Source: Salpingoeca rosetta
Lineage: Eukaryota > Protista > Choanoflagellata
DNA: 64,000 bases
Direction: 5' to 3'
NCBI GenBank assembly: GCA_033442325.1
Contig: JAWQFM010000003.1
Coordinates: forward strand, 1,552,967 to 1,616,966
Part shown: in pieces, positions 34,774 through 53,200 of the stretch
Layout: each line of letters opens with the position of its first letter
Position numbering within the stretch: position 1 is the first letter of the stretch
Made by a program: the position numbers and the translations under genes
Notes under the pieces: model-generated
What the model saw: the letters and a program-made list of their open reading frames with translations, nothing else
The model's database searches: none
What the model was told of the DNA's origin: nothing

Positions 34774-36053
34774 ATGAGGTCGATGCGCTTGTGCTTGTGG
34801 ATGCCTAATACATGCACACAGCCACGCAGCGCACCCGTGCGCGTACATACAAAGGCGTAGTAACACGCAGTGTGAATCGCCCGCAAGCATGTGTTTCTCC
34901 GGTTCTGTTTCCTCAAATGTGCTCACGCCTGCGCCTGCGCTCGCACTCTTGCTCTCTCTTGCCTATTTGTCGTGGTTATCACAGTAAGCCTGGTGTCAAG
35001 TGGGATGAGGACAACATCCGCGAGACGTACCACCCAGCAGACAAGGACTATGGCCACATGAAGATTGACGAACCAAACACACCTTACGAGCCTCCCCTTG
35101 AAATGGATCACGAAGAAGATGACGACGATGACGTGCCCAGCCTGAACCTTGGTGCGTGATCAGAGGACATCCAAGCGAATTCAACTCAACACGCACCAAC
35201 TCGAACATGTACACAGCTTCACACTGCACACGCACTCACTCACTCATCACTCACACTACACACTCACTCACTCACTCACACTACACACACACACACACTC
35301 GCACTCACACACACACACACTCACTCACTCACTCACTCACTCACACTACACACGCACACACACTCACTCACTCACTCGCTCACTCACTTACTCACTCACT
35401 CACTCACTCACTCACTCACTCACACGCTCACTCACTCACTCACGCACTCACTCACTCACTTACTCACTCACTCGCCTTGTGCGCAACATGGTAGAGGGCG
35501 AGTCGCCAATCGTCTCCAACATTCCCGTCATCTCCGCCGAGGCACCCGAAGAGGAATTCGCAGTCGAAGAGACGACAGAGAGTACGTACGAGATCACGCC
35601 CGCTTTTGTTGCACAAAGTGCTCGGCCCAGCACAGACCACACAACTCATACACAACCCCCCCCCCCCTAACCCTCACCCAAATCAATCGTTCGCCTGTTG
35701 CATGCGTTGACGCACGAACCTGATTCTTCCCCCCCCCCTCCCTTGACACACAAACCTGTTTCTCCTCCCCCTCACCGGCAAACTGGCTGCGCAACGCGCT
35801 GCTCTCCTCCTGTGTTGCTTGCGTGCTGCTGGCACCGGCAGAGAAACACGTCAACTTCATGAAGAAGCGGAAGGAGCACTACAATATGCGCGAGGCCATG
35901 TTGCGGGCGCGCCAGCTCATGGCAGAAGAGGGTGACGACGAAGAAGACGAAGAGGAAGACGAGGAGAAGAACGACGCAGATGAGCATGCGAAGACCAACG
36001 CTCAGCAGCAGCAACAACAGCAACAGCAAGCAACCCAGTCCGGCAGCCAGTAA
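34774..36053 (+). CDS. PPP1R2: Protein phosphatase 1 inhibitor-2
   Basis: [34 protein letters not shown] and [11 protein letters not shown] are I-2 signature motifs. Predicted exons 34774-34778, 34985-35151, 35495-35581, 35842-36053 (first exon tentative). Confidence 0.88.
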
Positions 36054-36831
36054 AAGCAACAAAGGCTGCTCGCTGGCTTGCTCGATTGCTTGCTTGCTTG
36101 GCTGCTTGCTCGCTCGGCGGTTTCTTGGCTGCTTGCTTAGTCGCCCACATTGGTCACACTGCATGATGATGATCGTCTCACGCGCTTCCTGTCTGGGCTG
36201 GTTCACTTCTGTCCTGTGTTAACTATCCCACAATGATGCCCTCCGCTCCCTGCGAAGACACGTCTCAACTCCCGCTAAATGCTGCCAGGGCCGGGGGCGT
36301 TTATTGAAACCAAACACAACAACGTCCGCCAACGCATATAACGTATAAACGCACATCGATCAGCTCGCATATCGGTCCATCAGAAACCGCAAATCATCCA
36401 CTCCACAACACAACACACAAAAGAGGAAACAAGACACAACCCAGCATGGAGCGGTGAAACCCCAACGCACGCTGGGCACAACCTGAGGCACATACAAAAG
36501 CACGTCACGCTTGCTTGGTCGCATCGTACATTCCCTCTCTTTCACGCACTCGCTTTCACATTCTCACACGCACGCGTACACACGCACACGCACGGGCGCA
36601 CACGTACACACGCACACGCACGCGCACACACACATTCAACCCCTGAGAGAAGCAGAACCAAACAACAAGAATACATATCGTTCAAACTTACAGCATATAT
36701 ATACTCAGTGTGCAGTGCAGCGAGCATTCACACAAACGGTCAGCACTGCTGGCATCACTGTGCCCAAACGAGAAAGGGCACTCCTGTTCATCAGGCTACG
36801 GAACAATCCACCCCTCCAATCCACTAAACCA

Positions 36832-41480
<4,649 letters not shown>

Positions 41481-41777
41481 GATGCTGGAGGGCTTCACAT
41501 CAATCAAGAAGCAGGAAACGAGAGTGACAAGAAAAGGAGAGGGGGGCGGGTGTGTAAATCCAAACACAACAACAGCAGCACAAGGAAAAAACTGCACACA
41601 CACACACACACACACACGCGCGCGCGCATTTACAATTTGCAGGGGTGCAATTGGCAAATCGACGAAATTCGCCAACAACAACAACCGCGACTCACTCCTT
41701 CCACACTGCTCTTTCACTTTCCTCTCTGCTTATCTTCTCTCACATCACACACACACACAACACCACTCTGCCTCAAG

Positions 41778-41951
41778 ATGGAGGAACATTATGCAACGGT
41801 GCTTGCGCCCTTTTACACGTGGAGCTTGATTGGAGACGACTTTGGTGCTGCGGTGGACACAGAGGTGCAGCGGTTCAAAGACCTGTGCCCAGCCATCCCG
41901 GACCTGGCCGGTGCGCGTTCAGTGTGTACCTGTGTGCTGTGTGTGTGTGTG

Positions 41952-41996
<45 letters not shown>

Positions 41997-42917
41997 GCGT
42001 GTGTGTGTGTGTGTGCAGTGTGTGTGTGTACAGTGTGTGTGTTTCTCTGCGTGCGTGTCTCTCTCTCTTTGCGTGCGTGCAGTGTGTGTATATGTATGTC
42101 TCTCGCTGTTGTGCATGTGGGTGAACTACAGCGTGTCTGCTCCATTGACCTCCCGCACGTCTGCATCTCCATCTGCCTGCCAATCCAAGCTGTAAATGTG
42201 CGTTAACGTCTTACACCTTGCACCTCACACCCCCACATCTTGATCACCGTACAACACACACACACACTTCTCCATCTCACTGCCCCAGGCGCCGATGCGC
42301 TGGATCTCGGCTGCGGTAGTGGGCTGCATTCATTGGCGCTGGCCAAGCTTGGCATGCGCGTGCGTGGCGTCGACCTGTGCCAGCAGCTCCTCGACGAGAT
42401 GGCGCAGCACGCCTCAGACTTGGGGCTGTCCGTGACTGCTGCTCGCGGCGACATCATGAACCCAGCCATCTGGACGGAGGGATCCGACGGCGCGACACAG
42501 CCCGCCGTCATCACGTGCATGGGTGATACGCTCTCCCACCTCGGCTCCATCCAAGAAGTGGAGGCCTTCCTGGCCTCTGCTTATCCACAGCTGCGCCAGG
42601 ACGGCATGCTCCTCCTCTCCTACCGTGACCAAGAGGTGGAGCTGGTCGGTCCTGCGCGCGTCATCCCCGTGCGCAGCAGCCCAACCCGCATCCACACGTG
42701 CTTCCTGGAGTTTGAGCCAGAGCACATCCACGTCAACGACATCTTCCACCAGTTTGATGCCGATTCGCAGGCGTGGACGCAGCACGTTGGTGGCTTCACC
42801 AAGCTGCGCATCACCACCAGCCTCGTCATCACGGCACTAGAGGCCGCGGGATTCGAGATCCAAGCACAAAACACGTACGGTGGCATGTCGTACGTCTGCG
42901 CCACCCCACTACACTAG
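41778..42917 (+). CDS. Class I SAM-dependent methyltransferase (253 aa, one intron)
   Basis: Exons 41778-41910 and 42289-42917; motif I ALDLGCGSG, post-I VRGVD, ITCMGDTLSHL, LLLSYRD, IPVRSSPTRIHTCFLEF. Confidence 0.9.
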
Positions 42918-42990
42918 CGCATGTCTGCCTTTCTTCCCCTTGTTTTGCTTGCCTTCTCTGCTGCGTTTGCCCCCCGCCCTTGGTGTTTAC

Positions 42991-43079
<89 letters not shown>

Positions 43080-43442
43080 TGTTGTTTCACCTCCCCTTGC
43101 TCGCCCCTCTACGATCTTCTCTTTCCCCTGACTGCTTCCCCTCCCCCTTCTTTCTTTCCTTTTCTCCCCCTGCGCATGGGGCGTTCGTTATGAGACGAAG
43201 CTCGACCAGCCACACCGCCTTTTACTTGGCTTGCTCTTGCTCTGTTACATTTTAGACATGAGGACCATAAACGCATTCACGATCCCACACTCAACCGGAC
43301 AGCGTGTACAAAGGGTACAGGATGATGACACACACGCACACGCATACACGTGGACGCGCACATGCAACAAACACACACACGCGCGCGCACGCACGCACGC
43401 ATACACGCATACACGCATACACACACACAACAAACAAGCGTA

Positions 43443-44557
43443 TCAGAGCCCTGCTAGCTGCTTGATGAGGGCGAGCGTGTGCGGGTGCAAGGGATGCACC
43501 ACTTGCTCTTGCCACGTCAGCGCTTCGCACATGCCTGCATGTACCACCCTATTGTCCTCACGGCCACCACCACCACTGCTGCTCGTTACGTTTGCGTCGC
43601 TGGCAATGAGATGCAACGGGTGCGCCCTGCTGCTCCCATGCCGGACGCCAGAGAGTGACGGCTGCGGCACACCCCACGCCCACCAGTCGTCGTCATCATC
43701 GCCATCACCGTCTCCGCCGCTGCCACCACGACCACCAGCACAGTCACCGCCAGAAGCATCGTCGCACGCACAGTCATCGGCAACGCAAGTGCTGTCGTGT
43801 TTTACTGCTCCTGCTCCTGCTCCTGCTGCTGTGTTGTGCATGTGTGTGCTGGTGCTGGCGCGGGGCAGGCGTTGCATGGCCGCGGTGATGGGAAACACGT
43901 GTCCTTCCGTCGTCAACACATATGCTGGGGTTCCTGGCAGTCGACATCAAGTTAGCAGGCCGTGAGTGTGTGGTGAGGGTGGGGAGCACAGCAGGTCCGT
44001 GGCAGTGAAAATTGGACGTCGAAGGAAGCGATAGACAGGCAACAGCCGCACAGCACCGAGAACGTGACACAACACAACATAACACAACACGACACAACAT
44101 AACACAATGCAATACAAAGGTGCGCATGTGTAGGCAAACCAACCTGAGGAGTGTAGAACGTTGCCGTCATCAAACAACAGGAACAAGTACCTGTGCGCAA
44201 CGCACGAGAGCACACGCACACGCACAAGGTCAGCAGAACGCAAACGCGCACTGATGGGTGTGCTTGTACGCATCTGTGTGTCTGTATTTATCTGTGTGTG
44301 TGTGTGTGTGTCTGTCTGTCTGCCTGTCTGTCTGTATATGTCTGTGTGTGTGTGTGTGTGACTGCCTGCCTGCCTGCCGGCCTGCCTATGCGTGCACATG
44401 TTGTGTCTGACTTGAGTGTTTCGCTGAGGAAGAAGCTCTCCATGCGGTCCTCGTGCGACATCACGCGCACGTCGTGAATCGTCGCATATCCGCACCGCAC
44501 ACGCGCGTATCGCTGTACAGAAATACATGCACACACACACACATACATCACACAAAG

Positions 44558-44599
<42 letters not shown>

Positions 44600-47084
44600 A
44601 ATTGCAAATACATCGCTCGTGGACAATGGAGCAAAACACAAAATTCAGGCACATGTTCACAACGTGCACACACACACACACATGCACGCGAACTCACACA
44701 AGCACGTAAGAAAACATTCGGTTCCAAGTATACACGCCCACACTGCAACAGTCCACGTGTGGGCGCATGCAACGTACTTCGATGTCTGCGAGCATATCTG
44801 CGCCAACCCGCTGGTAGTAGGTGTTGCCGGTTGCACGGTAGAGCATGTACGTGGACTCCACCGCCTCTGGCCGCAGCGGATATGTGGTAACGTCTGGCTG
44901 GCGGGTGCGGAAGTTGTATCGCTCGGGCATGGCGTGGAAGCGGCGCCAGAGGGCGTGCAGGACCTCGTGGTCAACAACTGCACCGCGCACGTCGCCCCGC
45001 AGCACCTGCGGCCATGGTGATGATGGTGATGATGGTGGTGATGGTGGTGATGGTGGTGGTGGTGTCGTGATTAATGGGAGAGGGAGCGAGACGTACAGGT
45101 GGGACAGACATGTTTGGCATGACAGACTACATTCACTGCAGGACGGAAGGACGATGGTAAATAGGAAACCACACACACACACACACCACAAACAAACACA
45201 CACACACATGCACTCAAGCACACCCATCCACACAATCGTGCTTTCACACACATTCACACACACATTCACACACACATTCACACACACATTCACACACACA
45301 TTCACACACACATTCACACACACCTTGAGTGCTGGGAGGAATGCCTGCAAGCTGTCGATCCACGGCGCAACAAGGCGACCGGAATACATGTCCACCTGTC
45401 CGTACAGCGGGAGATTGGGCAGGCGCGTGCGGTGCTGTGCTGCTCCAAACGCCGTCTCAAACAGCGACGCCAGCCCTTCGTCCTTGAACAGGATGGACCC
45501 CTGTTGTATTTGCACGGTTGTCGTGTGCGTGTGACATGAGTTTGTTTTGTAGTTGTGTAAGTGTGTGTATGTGTGTGCATATGGAAGTCGACGTTGAAAA
45601 ATGCGTGTAGATGCACACAACATGCAATACTCGACGTGTACACATGTGCACCGTGAGTCCAGCAACCCATGTGTGTGTGCGTGTGTCTGTCTGTCTGTCT
45701 GTGTCTGTGTGTGTGTCTGTCTGTGTGTGTGTGTGCGTGTGTGTGTGTGTGTATCTGTGTCTGTCTGTCTGTGTGTGTGTGTGTCTGTGTCTGTGCGTGT
45801 GCGTGTGCGACCTTGAGGAGGTATTCGAAGAAACTGTCAACGCCAGCACCAAATCCCGACATGGTGTTGATCCACCGGCCCGTGTGCACGTCGATTGTGT
45901 TTCCCAGCAGAAGGGTGCGCTCGCTGTTGAGAACAGAGGAGAAGACAGCAGTATGTAAATGTGGTGCGTGCATGTATGAGTGTGTGTGTGTGTGTGAGTG
46001 AGAGGGTATAGCCACAAACCAGCACCCCACAATCACACTCACACTCACACTCACACTCACACTCACACTCACACTCACACTCACACTCACACTCACACAC
46101 ACACACACACACACACTCACACTCACACTCACACTCACACTCACACTCACACTCACACTCACACTGGCTCGCACCTTCGATAGCTCCAGAGGGCGTGGAG
46201 GGCGCGGCGCGCGGCGCTCTCAAACGTGGGGTCGCCCGTCAGCCGGCTGAAGAATCCGGAAACAGACAGCCATGACACTCATATGAACCATCTCCAAAGT
46301 GCACACGTGCATGTGTACACAGATAACCTCAGATAACCTCCCCCCGACTCCTCTCACTCTCAAATATGCACACACTACTCCCCACCATACGGCAGCATGC
46401 CTTTCGCTCACACCACCAACCAACCAACCAACCAGCCAACCCTGAAGACAAGCCCCTGCTCCACCGCTGTCACCTCACCTGAGCGCTCCGAATTCAAGTA
46501 GGAGGGAGCCTGCGGCGGCAGTGTTGGTGTCATTTCGCCAAAACGCCCCACGCGGAAGACCAGAGCGCAGGTTGACGCGGGGGAAGGGAAGGCCAGACGC
46601 TGTCACGTCAAAGGCCGGCAGCAGGCGGGTGGCGAGGTCGCGGGCCATGTGCAGCAGCTCGCCATCGTACATGGGGTCGTGCAGCCCAAACGCAGGCGTT
46701 GTGGCCAGCATGTGCGCAGAGAGAAGCCCGCCAAGCATGCGGATGTTTGCTTCAAACACCTGCACGGTGGTGTCACGGTCAAAGGAGACGGTATCCATGG
46801 CCAAACGCGCTGCCCGCCAAAACTCGCTGCTGTTGCCCATGACGGCAAGCGTGTCGAGCGTGTCGACCAGCGTCAGGCTGTAGTTCCCCAGCACGTCGTT
46901 GATGTTGATGTTGGTGCGGTCGGCGTCTGCTGAGCGCCCGCGGCAGTGGATCGGGTCCAGCTCATCATGCGGGAAGGCGTGTTGCATGTAGTTGTCGTAC
47001 GCAAACGTGAACATGTGCCGCGCTCGCTCCCGGTATGCGGTGGCGTTGAAGGACGGCGACCAGGCATCATTGGACACCAAGCGG

Positions 47085-47141
<57 letters not shown>

Positions 47142-47539
47142 CGTCGTCTTCTCGTTCTTCCTCTTCGTCGCCTCCATTGTTGCGCTCCGCGTCCCTGTTG
47201 CTGCTGTTCCCTTTGCTTTCGCTGCTGTTGTTGTTCTGGCTCTTGTTGTTGCTCATGCTGCCGCTGCTCTTGCTGGCCATGTTGCTGTCGTAGCACTGGT
47301 GACTGCGCGGGTTTGAGAGGCTCAGCTGGCAACACTGCCGGGTGACTGTCGGCTGCTGTGTGCGGTGCGGACATCGATGCCAGGTTGGCGTGGCGCTGAA
47401 CTTGCGCTGTTGGGCCTGCCACATCTGCACGTGACGTGTCCATGTCGTTGTGAGGCGCAGACGCCGCCACGAGCAAGATGAGCGCACAAAGGGTCGCCAG
47501 CACGGCGCGCGGTCGCTGAGCCAGCCTGGTGCAAGCCAT
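43443..47539 (-). CDS. EDEM1: ER degradation-enhancing alpha-mannosidase-like protein (GH47)
   Basis: Signal/anchor sequence; [26 protein letters not shown]...[29 protein letters not shown]; [18 protein letters not shown]; [13 protein letters not shown]; [10 protein letters not shown]; [21 protein letters not shown]; YVLTTEGH. Exon phases are consistent. Confidence 0.93.
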
Positions 47540-47984
47540 GGCGCAAGACCAGGTGCCGGAATCCCGCCTGGCCTGAACTGAATGAATACGAACGCTGAAG
47601 CTGAAACGAGGCTGCCGAGGCGCGGAGACGCCTGGTCGCAAATCGTCAATATCGCCGAGAGACGAAGAAAGAGAAAGAAAGCAACAGGAAAGAGGTGGTG
47701 GAAAGGGAGGAGGACAAGGAATGGGAGCAAGCGGTAGACGAAGAGGTAGACGAAGAACAAATAACAAACTCGAAGCACAGAGTTGATGGGAGAGCCGCTC
47801 AAAAGGGATTTGAGGGATGGAAGTCAAGACACACAAATGAAAATCAAGCGAGGCAGACAAGGGACTGGTATGTACAGATGGGATGGCTCAACTAAGAATT
47901 GAAACTGTGACAGGCTCGACGTATGAAGAGCTCAGACAGAGATGTGCACGGGGGTCATGCAAGAAATAACTCTTGCCCCTGTGT

Positions 47985-48470
47985 TCAGTTGTCCTCCAAC
48001 AGAGATGCTTGCAGCGCATGCACCTACATGAGTGCCACCGATTGGAGGGAAACGAAAAAAAAAAAAACGAACAAGGCACGGACACAAGTGAAGAAACAAC
48101 CACAACGGGGGGGGGGGTGAGGACTGAGAGTTGCTTGCGATATGGTACCCAGTACATCACACGTGGCACAAAACCACAAGGAAACAACCAGGCACGGACT
48201 CAACACCACGCGCACAACACACACATTCACACAACACACACACATTCACACAACGCACACATTCACACACAAGCATACACACAAGCAGACACACATTCAC
48301 ACCTGTTGGAGGAGGCCTGTGTTGGTGTGGGAGATGTCAATATTCAACACGTCACCCACGGTGATTGTGCCTGGGAGTAGGGCCAATGGGAACTTGATTT
48401 CCACGTGGTCATCCGTCATCAACACAACAGTGACACCCTCATCCACCACACGCTGCACCACAACGCGCAT
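47985..48470 (-). CDS. 68-aa microprotein resembling the N-terminal domain of exomer scaffold Chs5 (CHS5_N / DUF3006-like)
   Basis: Exon 48470-48303 (donor gtgtga) plus exon 48023-47985 (U-rich tract, tag acceptor, phase 0): MRVVVQRVVDEGVTVVLMTDDHVEIKFPLALLPGTITVGDVLNIDISHTNTGLLQQ|VHALQASLLEDN*. Confidence 0.72.
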
Positions 48471-48570
48471 CTCCTCCAAACTAGCACACCACAGGCAGGA
48501 AGGAGAGGAACAAAGGTTGTGCGTGTTGCTTTGTTTGGTTGTGCGTGTGTCTGTGTCAGCGTTGGAGTGT

Positions 48571-48601
48571 GACTGAAATCAGTTACGACGACTGAATTCA
48601 G
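48571..48601. promoter_or_regulatory. Tandem copies of the palindromic element (GACTGAAATCAGT and GACTGAATTCAG)
   Basis: In the 150-bp gap between the microprotein ATG (48470,-) and the DIS3 ATG (48621,+). Confidence 0.55.
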
Positions 48602-48620
48602 GTTTGAGAGAAGAGGCAGC

Positions 48621-50225
48621 ATGCTGCGAGCCAAGAAGTTTGCTCGGAAGACAAAGTCCGGCCGCGTGCTCACGGTGAGCAGGGAACACTACCTCCGTGA
48701 TGACATCGGCTGCTCCATCCAAGGTATGCTGCTGGTGGAGATACTGCAAGTGCAAGAACAGTGTGGAGAGGGGGAATGGGGAGACAAGGGAGAGAGAGAA
48801 GGTAAGGAGGCAGAGACACGCATCGCGTACATTTTTGCTACGTGTGTGTGTGTGATTGTGTGTGTGTGTGTATCGCTCTGATTGCGAATGTGCTTGAGGG
48901 TCTGTCTGAAGGAAATGCACACTGTGGTGTTCATCATCTCGGAACGTGCACGCACAACTCGCACGCACAATCCTCACGCACAACTCGCATGCGTGGAATC
49001 TGTGTTGAATCAGGATGTGCGACATGCACCGTCAACCCAGACACGTTGGAGCCAACATCAATCATCCTGCCAGACACAAACGTCATCCTGCACCAGCTGG
49101 ATGTGCTGGAGCACCAGGCCATCAAGAACGTGATCATCTGCTCCACCGTTTTGGATGAGGTGTGATGACTGCCCACATGCATCAAGGTGTCAAAAGACAC
49201 CAGCTGCGGTGGCACTGCCGGCGCTTCACAACCTCATTTCTCTCGCTCACATCATCTGCCCACGAATGATGCTTGTTTGCCTGTGTGGCGCCTGTGTGCC
49301 TGTGTTCGTGCATGTGACCGTGTGACCGTGTGTCTGTGTGTCTGTGTGTCTGTGTGTGTCCGTGTCTGTGTGCCTGTGTTCGTGCATTTGTGTGTGTGTA
49401 TGACTGTGTGTGAAGGTCAAGCACCGCAGCCTTGCAGCCTACAACCGCGTGCGTGCCATGCTCTCGGACAAGAAGCGCCACTTCTACGTGTACAGCAACG
49501 AACATTCAAAGTAGGGCGTACTTTCAATGCGTATTTCTACCGATACATGCCACTGCTTCGCTGTGTGTATGTATGTGTACCCTCAGCGTTTAACACACGA
49601 CTAACATGTTCGCCACACACACTCGCATACTCACGCACACACACTCACTCACCCCATACGCAGGCACACGTATGTGGAGCAGAACAAGGGCGAGTCTCCC
49701 AACGACCGCAATGATCGCGCCATTCGCGTGTGCGTCAAGTGGTACAACGACCACATCAAACAGGTGATGCCCACTGCCAAGGACGCCAAGGTGATCCTCC
49801 TCACCAATGACGCCGCAAACCTGAAGCTGGCGACCGCTGACGGTGGCATCCCCGGTTACACAGGTCAGCGCATGCACTGGGCAATTTTGAGGTTGGAAGA
49901 TGGATTTTGTGCAGCTGAATGGTGTCAGGAACACCAGCGTTGCTTTTGCATTCACTCACCACCACCACCACCACGGCTCACGCATTGCTCTTGCTCACAC
50001 GCAACATGTACAACTTCATCCAACTCGCTTGCACACACACACACACACATACACAAATGCTTGGGTGCCCAGTACATGAGTACGTGCGCCGATTCGTGGA
50101 TGATCCTGCTGTCAAAGATCTGCTCGCATATCCAAGCGACACCTTCTCAAAGTACGATGCCTGTGCCTTGACAACAAGTGACGTGAGCGTATGCGTGTGT
50201 GTGTGTGTGTGTGTGTGTGCGTGTC

Positions 50226-50266
<41 letters not shown>

Positions 50267-53200
50267 CTGTGTCTGTGTCTGTGTGTGCGTGTCTGTGTCT
50301 GTGTCTGTGTGTGTGTGTGAGCTTGGAGCGAAGAATGCAAGTGAGTTTGTGGTTTGCTGCTTTGGTGCCTGCTCCTAAACCCACCCACGTGTGTGCGTGT
50401 ACACGTACGTGTGTTTATAGGGTGATGGCGCGCGAGGACGAGCTGAGCGAGCCATTTGATGCGTACCTGAACGAGACGGCCATCCAGCAGGGCATCAAGG
50501 GCGGTGTCTACCTGCAGGGCGTCTTCCAAGCATCAAGGTTCGTCGTGGTGGTGGTGGTGGTGGCATGTGTCGATTCACATTGTATTGCAACTCTTGTTCA
50601 TGTGCACGTGTACGTGCACAAACATTAACATGAACACGTGCTCGCATACACGCACACACACACGCACATTCCAACACAAATGCACACTCTCACCCGCTCG
50701 TTCGCACATACGCATTCACGTGGGGTCGCTGACATCGATTGCAGGGAGAATCCAAACGAGGGCTTTGTGCGCGTACGCGGGCGAGACGACGCTGTGCTTG
50801 TGATTGGGCGGGACATGAACAGGGCTGTGCAGGGCGATGTTGTGGCACTCTCCCTTCTTCCAAAGGCAGAGTGGAAGGCCCCGCTCGGTACGAACGACAT
50901 GTTGCTGCTCGTTCCACATGCATTTGCGATGTTGATGTTGGTGCACGCCGCGTGCCTCTACCATGAATCTAAACACCTATTGATCTACCCACCCCCTCAC
51001 TTTGGTTTTGTCTGTCTGCACGCGCGTGGCGCTGTGGGTGTGTGGGTTTTGCTTCCTCCACTCCTCCACCCTTCCCCTCAAACACCACAACACCCACAAC
51101 GCAACTACACCTGCTATGACTACTGCGACTACAACCACCACTGCAACCAAACCAACACCACCATCACGTCAGATGTTGTGGAGAAGCGCGGTGCGAATGT
51201 GCTAGTGACGAGCACGAAGCTTGAGGACGAAGACGACGACGCTGTTGTGTCTGAGCCCAAACCAACGGGAAAGATTGTTGGCATTGTGCGGCGCCGGTGG
51301 CGGCCGTACTGCGGTGTGCTTGTGGATGCAAGGCCAACAGACACGCACGTGCTCTTCTCTGCACAGGATGAGCGCATCCCTTATGTGCGCATCCAATCGA
51401 GCCAGACTGCCGAGCTGATTGGACAGCAGATTGTTGTTGCCATCGACGCCTGGCCCTCAAAATCGCGCTACCCAGTGGTCCGCTGCCCATTCACACTCAC
51501 ACTGTGCTTGTTCGTTTGATTGTTTTGTTTTGTTTTGTTTTGTGTGCGTGTGTGTGTGTGTGTGTGTGTGGGTGTGTGTGGGTGGGTGGGGGTGGGTGGG
51601 GGTGGGTGTGTGTGGGTGGGTGGGGGTGGGTGGGGGTGGGTGTGCCGCTGTTCGTTTGTTTGTGTGTGCAGAGAGATGTGTGTGTGCACTTTGGCTGTGA
51701 GAGCATGTCTATCGTTGTTGTGTCCATTCCAGTATGGCTCCTTCCACCCTTTGCTCATCATCATCTTCCCACACCACAATCATCATCGCCTCCGCCCCCC
51801 CCCCCCACTCCTATACCACCAGGGCCACTTCGTACGGCGGCTGGGGCCGATTGGCGACCGGGAAACGGAGACGGAGGTTGTTCTTCTCGAACACGACGTC
51901 CCTTACGAGGCCTTTTCCCAGGCCGTGCTCGAGTCAGTCAAACACGCATGCACTTGCGTCATGTCGTCATTGTTGTTGCAGCATCACGCTGTGCTTGCGT
52001 ATTAATCAGTTGGCCGCGTTTTGTTTGCCCCACAGTTATCACCACTCCTTCACTCCCTCATACCATGAGCTTGGTCAACAACCACCCTCATCTTCATCAT
52101 CCTCACATAACTGCCTGCACATGCTTGTATGCGTGTGTGTGTGTGCGTGTGTGTGTGTGTATGCGTGTGTGTGTATGTGTGCAGCTGCCTGCCCTCGGAG
52201 ACGTGGACGTGTTCTGATGCCCCAGACTCGTTGGCGAAGCGCCGCGACCTGCGCCACCTCAACATCTGCTCCGTCGACCCGCCAGGTGATGTCGTACTCG
52301 CAGCTTTTGCACGATCGTGGTGTTGGTCAACTGATGGTCTCCACCGTTCACATGCGTGTGTGGTGCGTATGTGTGTTCGCATGTGCGCATATGATTCGCG
52401 TTGCAGGATGTACGGACATTGACGATGCCCTCCACGCGCGCGAGCTCGACAACGGCAACTACGAGGTGCTGTGGCGTTTGCTGCCCCTGCTGTGCATGTT
52501 TATGCATGTGTGTCTATGTCTGTCTATGTCTGTCTGTGCATGCGCACACACACGCATGGACCTTGCCCCTGTGTTGTCTGTCTTGTGGCTGCTCACCCCT
52601 GCGTCCATATGCACACTTCCTCCGCGCCACACCAGATTGGGGTGCACATTGCAGATGTGACGTACTTTGTGCGCCCAGGCAGTGCGCTGGACAAGGAAGC
52701 CGCCAAACGCGGCACAACCGTGTACCTTGCAGACCGCAGGTCGGGTCGGTGGTGACACGTCCGGGGGGGGGCTGCAGTGCAGTGGAGGTGGCGGTTTGGC
52801 GAATGCATTTTTGCTCGGATGGGGGTGATGGTGACCACTGGTGCGAAGTTGTAGGCACTGGTGGCAACGCGCTTTGCTGACGTTTTGCGCCCTTGTGCTC
52901 CACCCTCGCTCCACATCCTTTGTGACGCTACTGCGTGCTTGTCTGTGTGTCTGTGTCTGTGTCTGTATCTGTGCCTGTGCCTGTGTGTCTATCTATGTGT
53001 GTGTGTGTCCATATGTGTGCGTGTGTGTGTGTGTGCAGGATTGACATGGTTCCTGGGCTGCTCAGCTCGAACTTGTGCTCTCTTCGTGGCGGCGAGGAGC
53101 GGTTTGCCTTCTCCTGTGTTTGGGAGATCACCAAAGAGGTGTGGTGCACGCATGCAAATCAGGCGCCTGCAGTGATGGACAGAGAGAGGGGGGGTTGAGT

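Noticed and set aside
51570-51645. G-rich intronic tracts (also (GGGTGT)n at ~19680-19745) with G-quadruplex potential
   Set aside because: Not distinguishable from the general microsatellite background.
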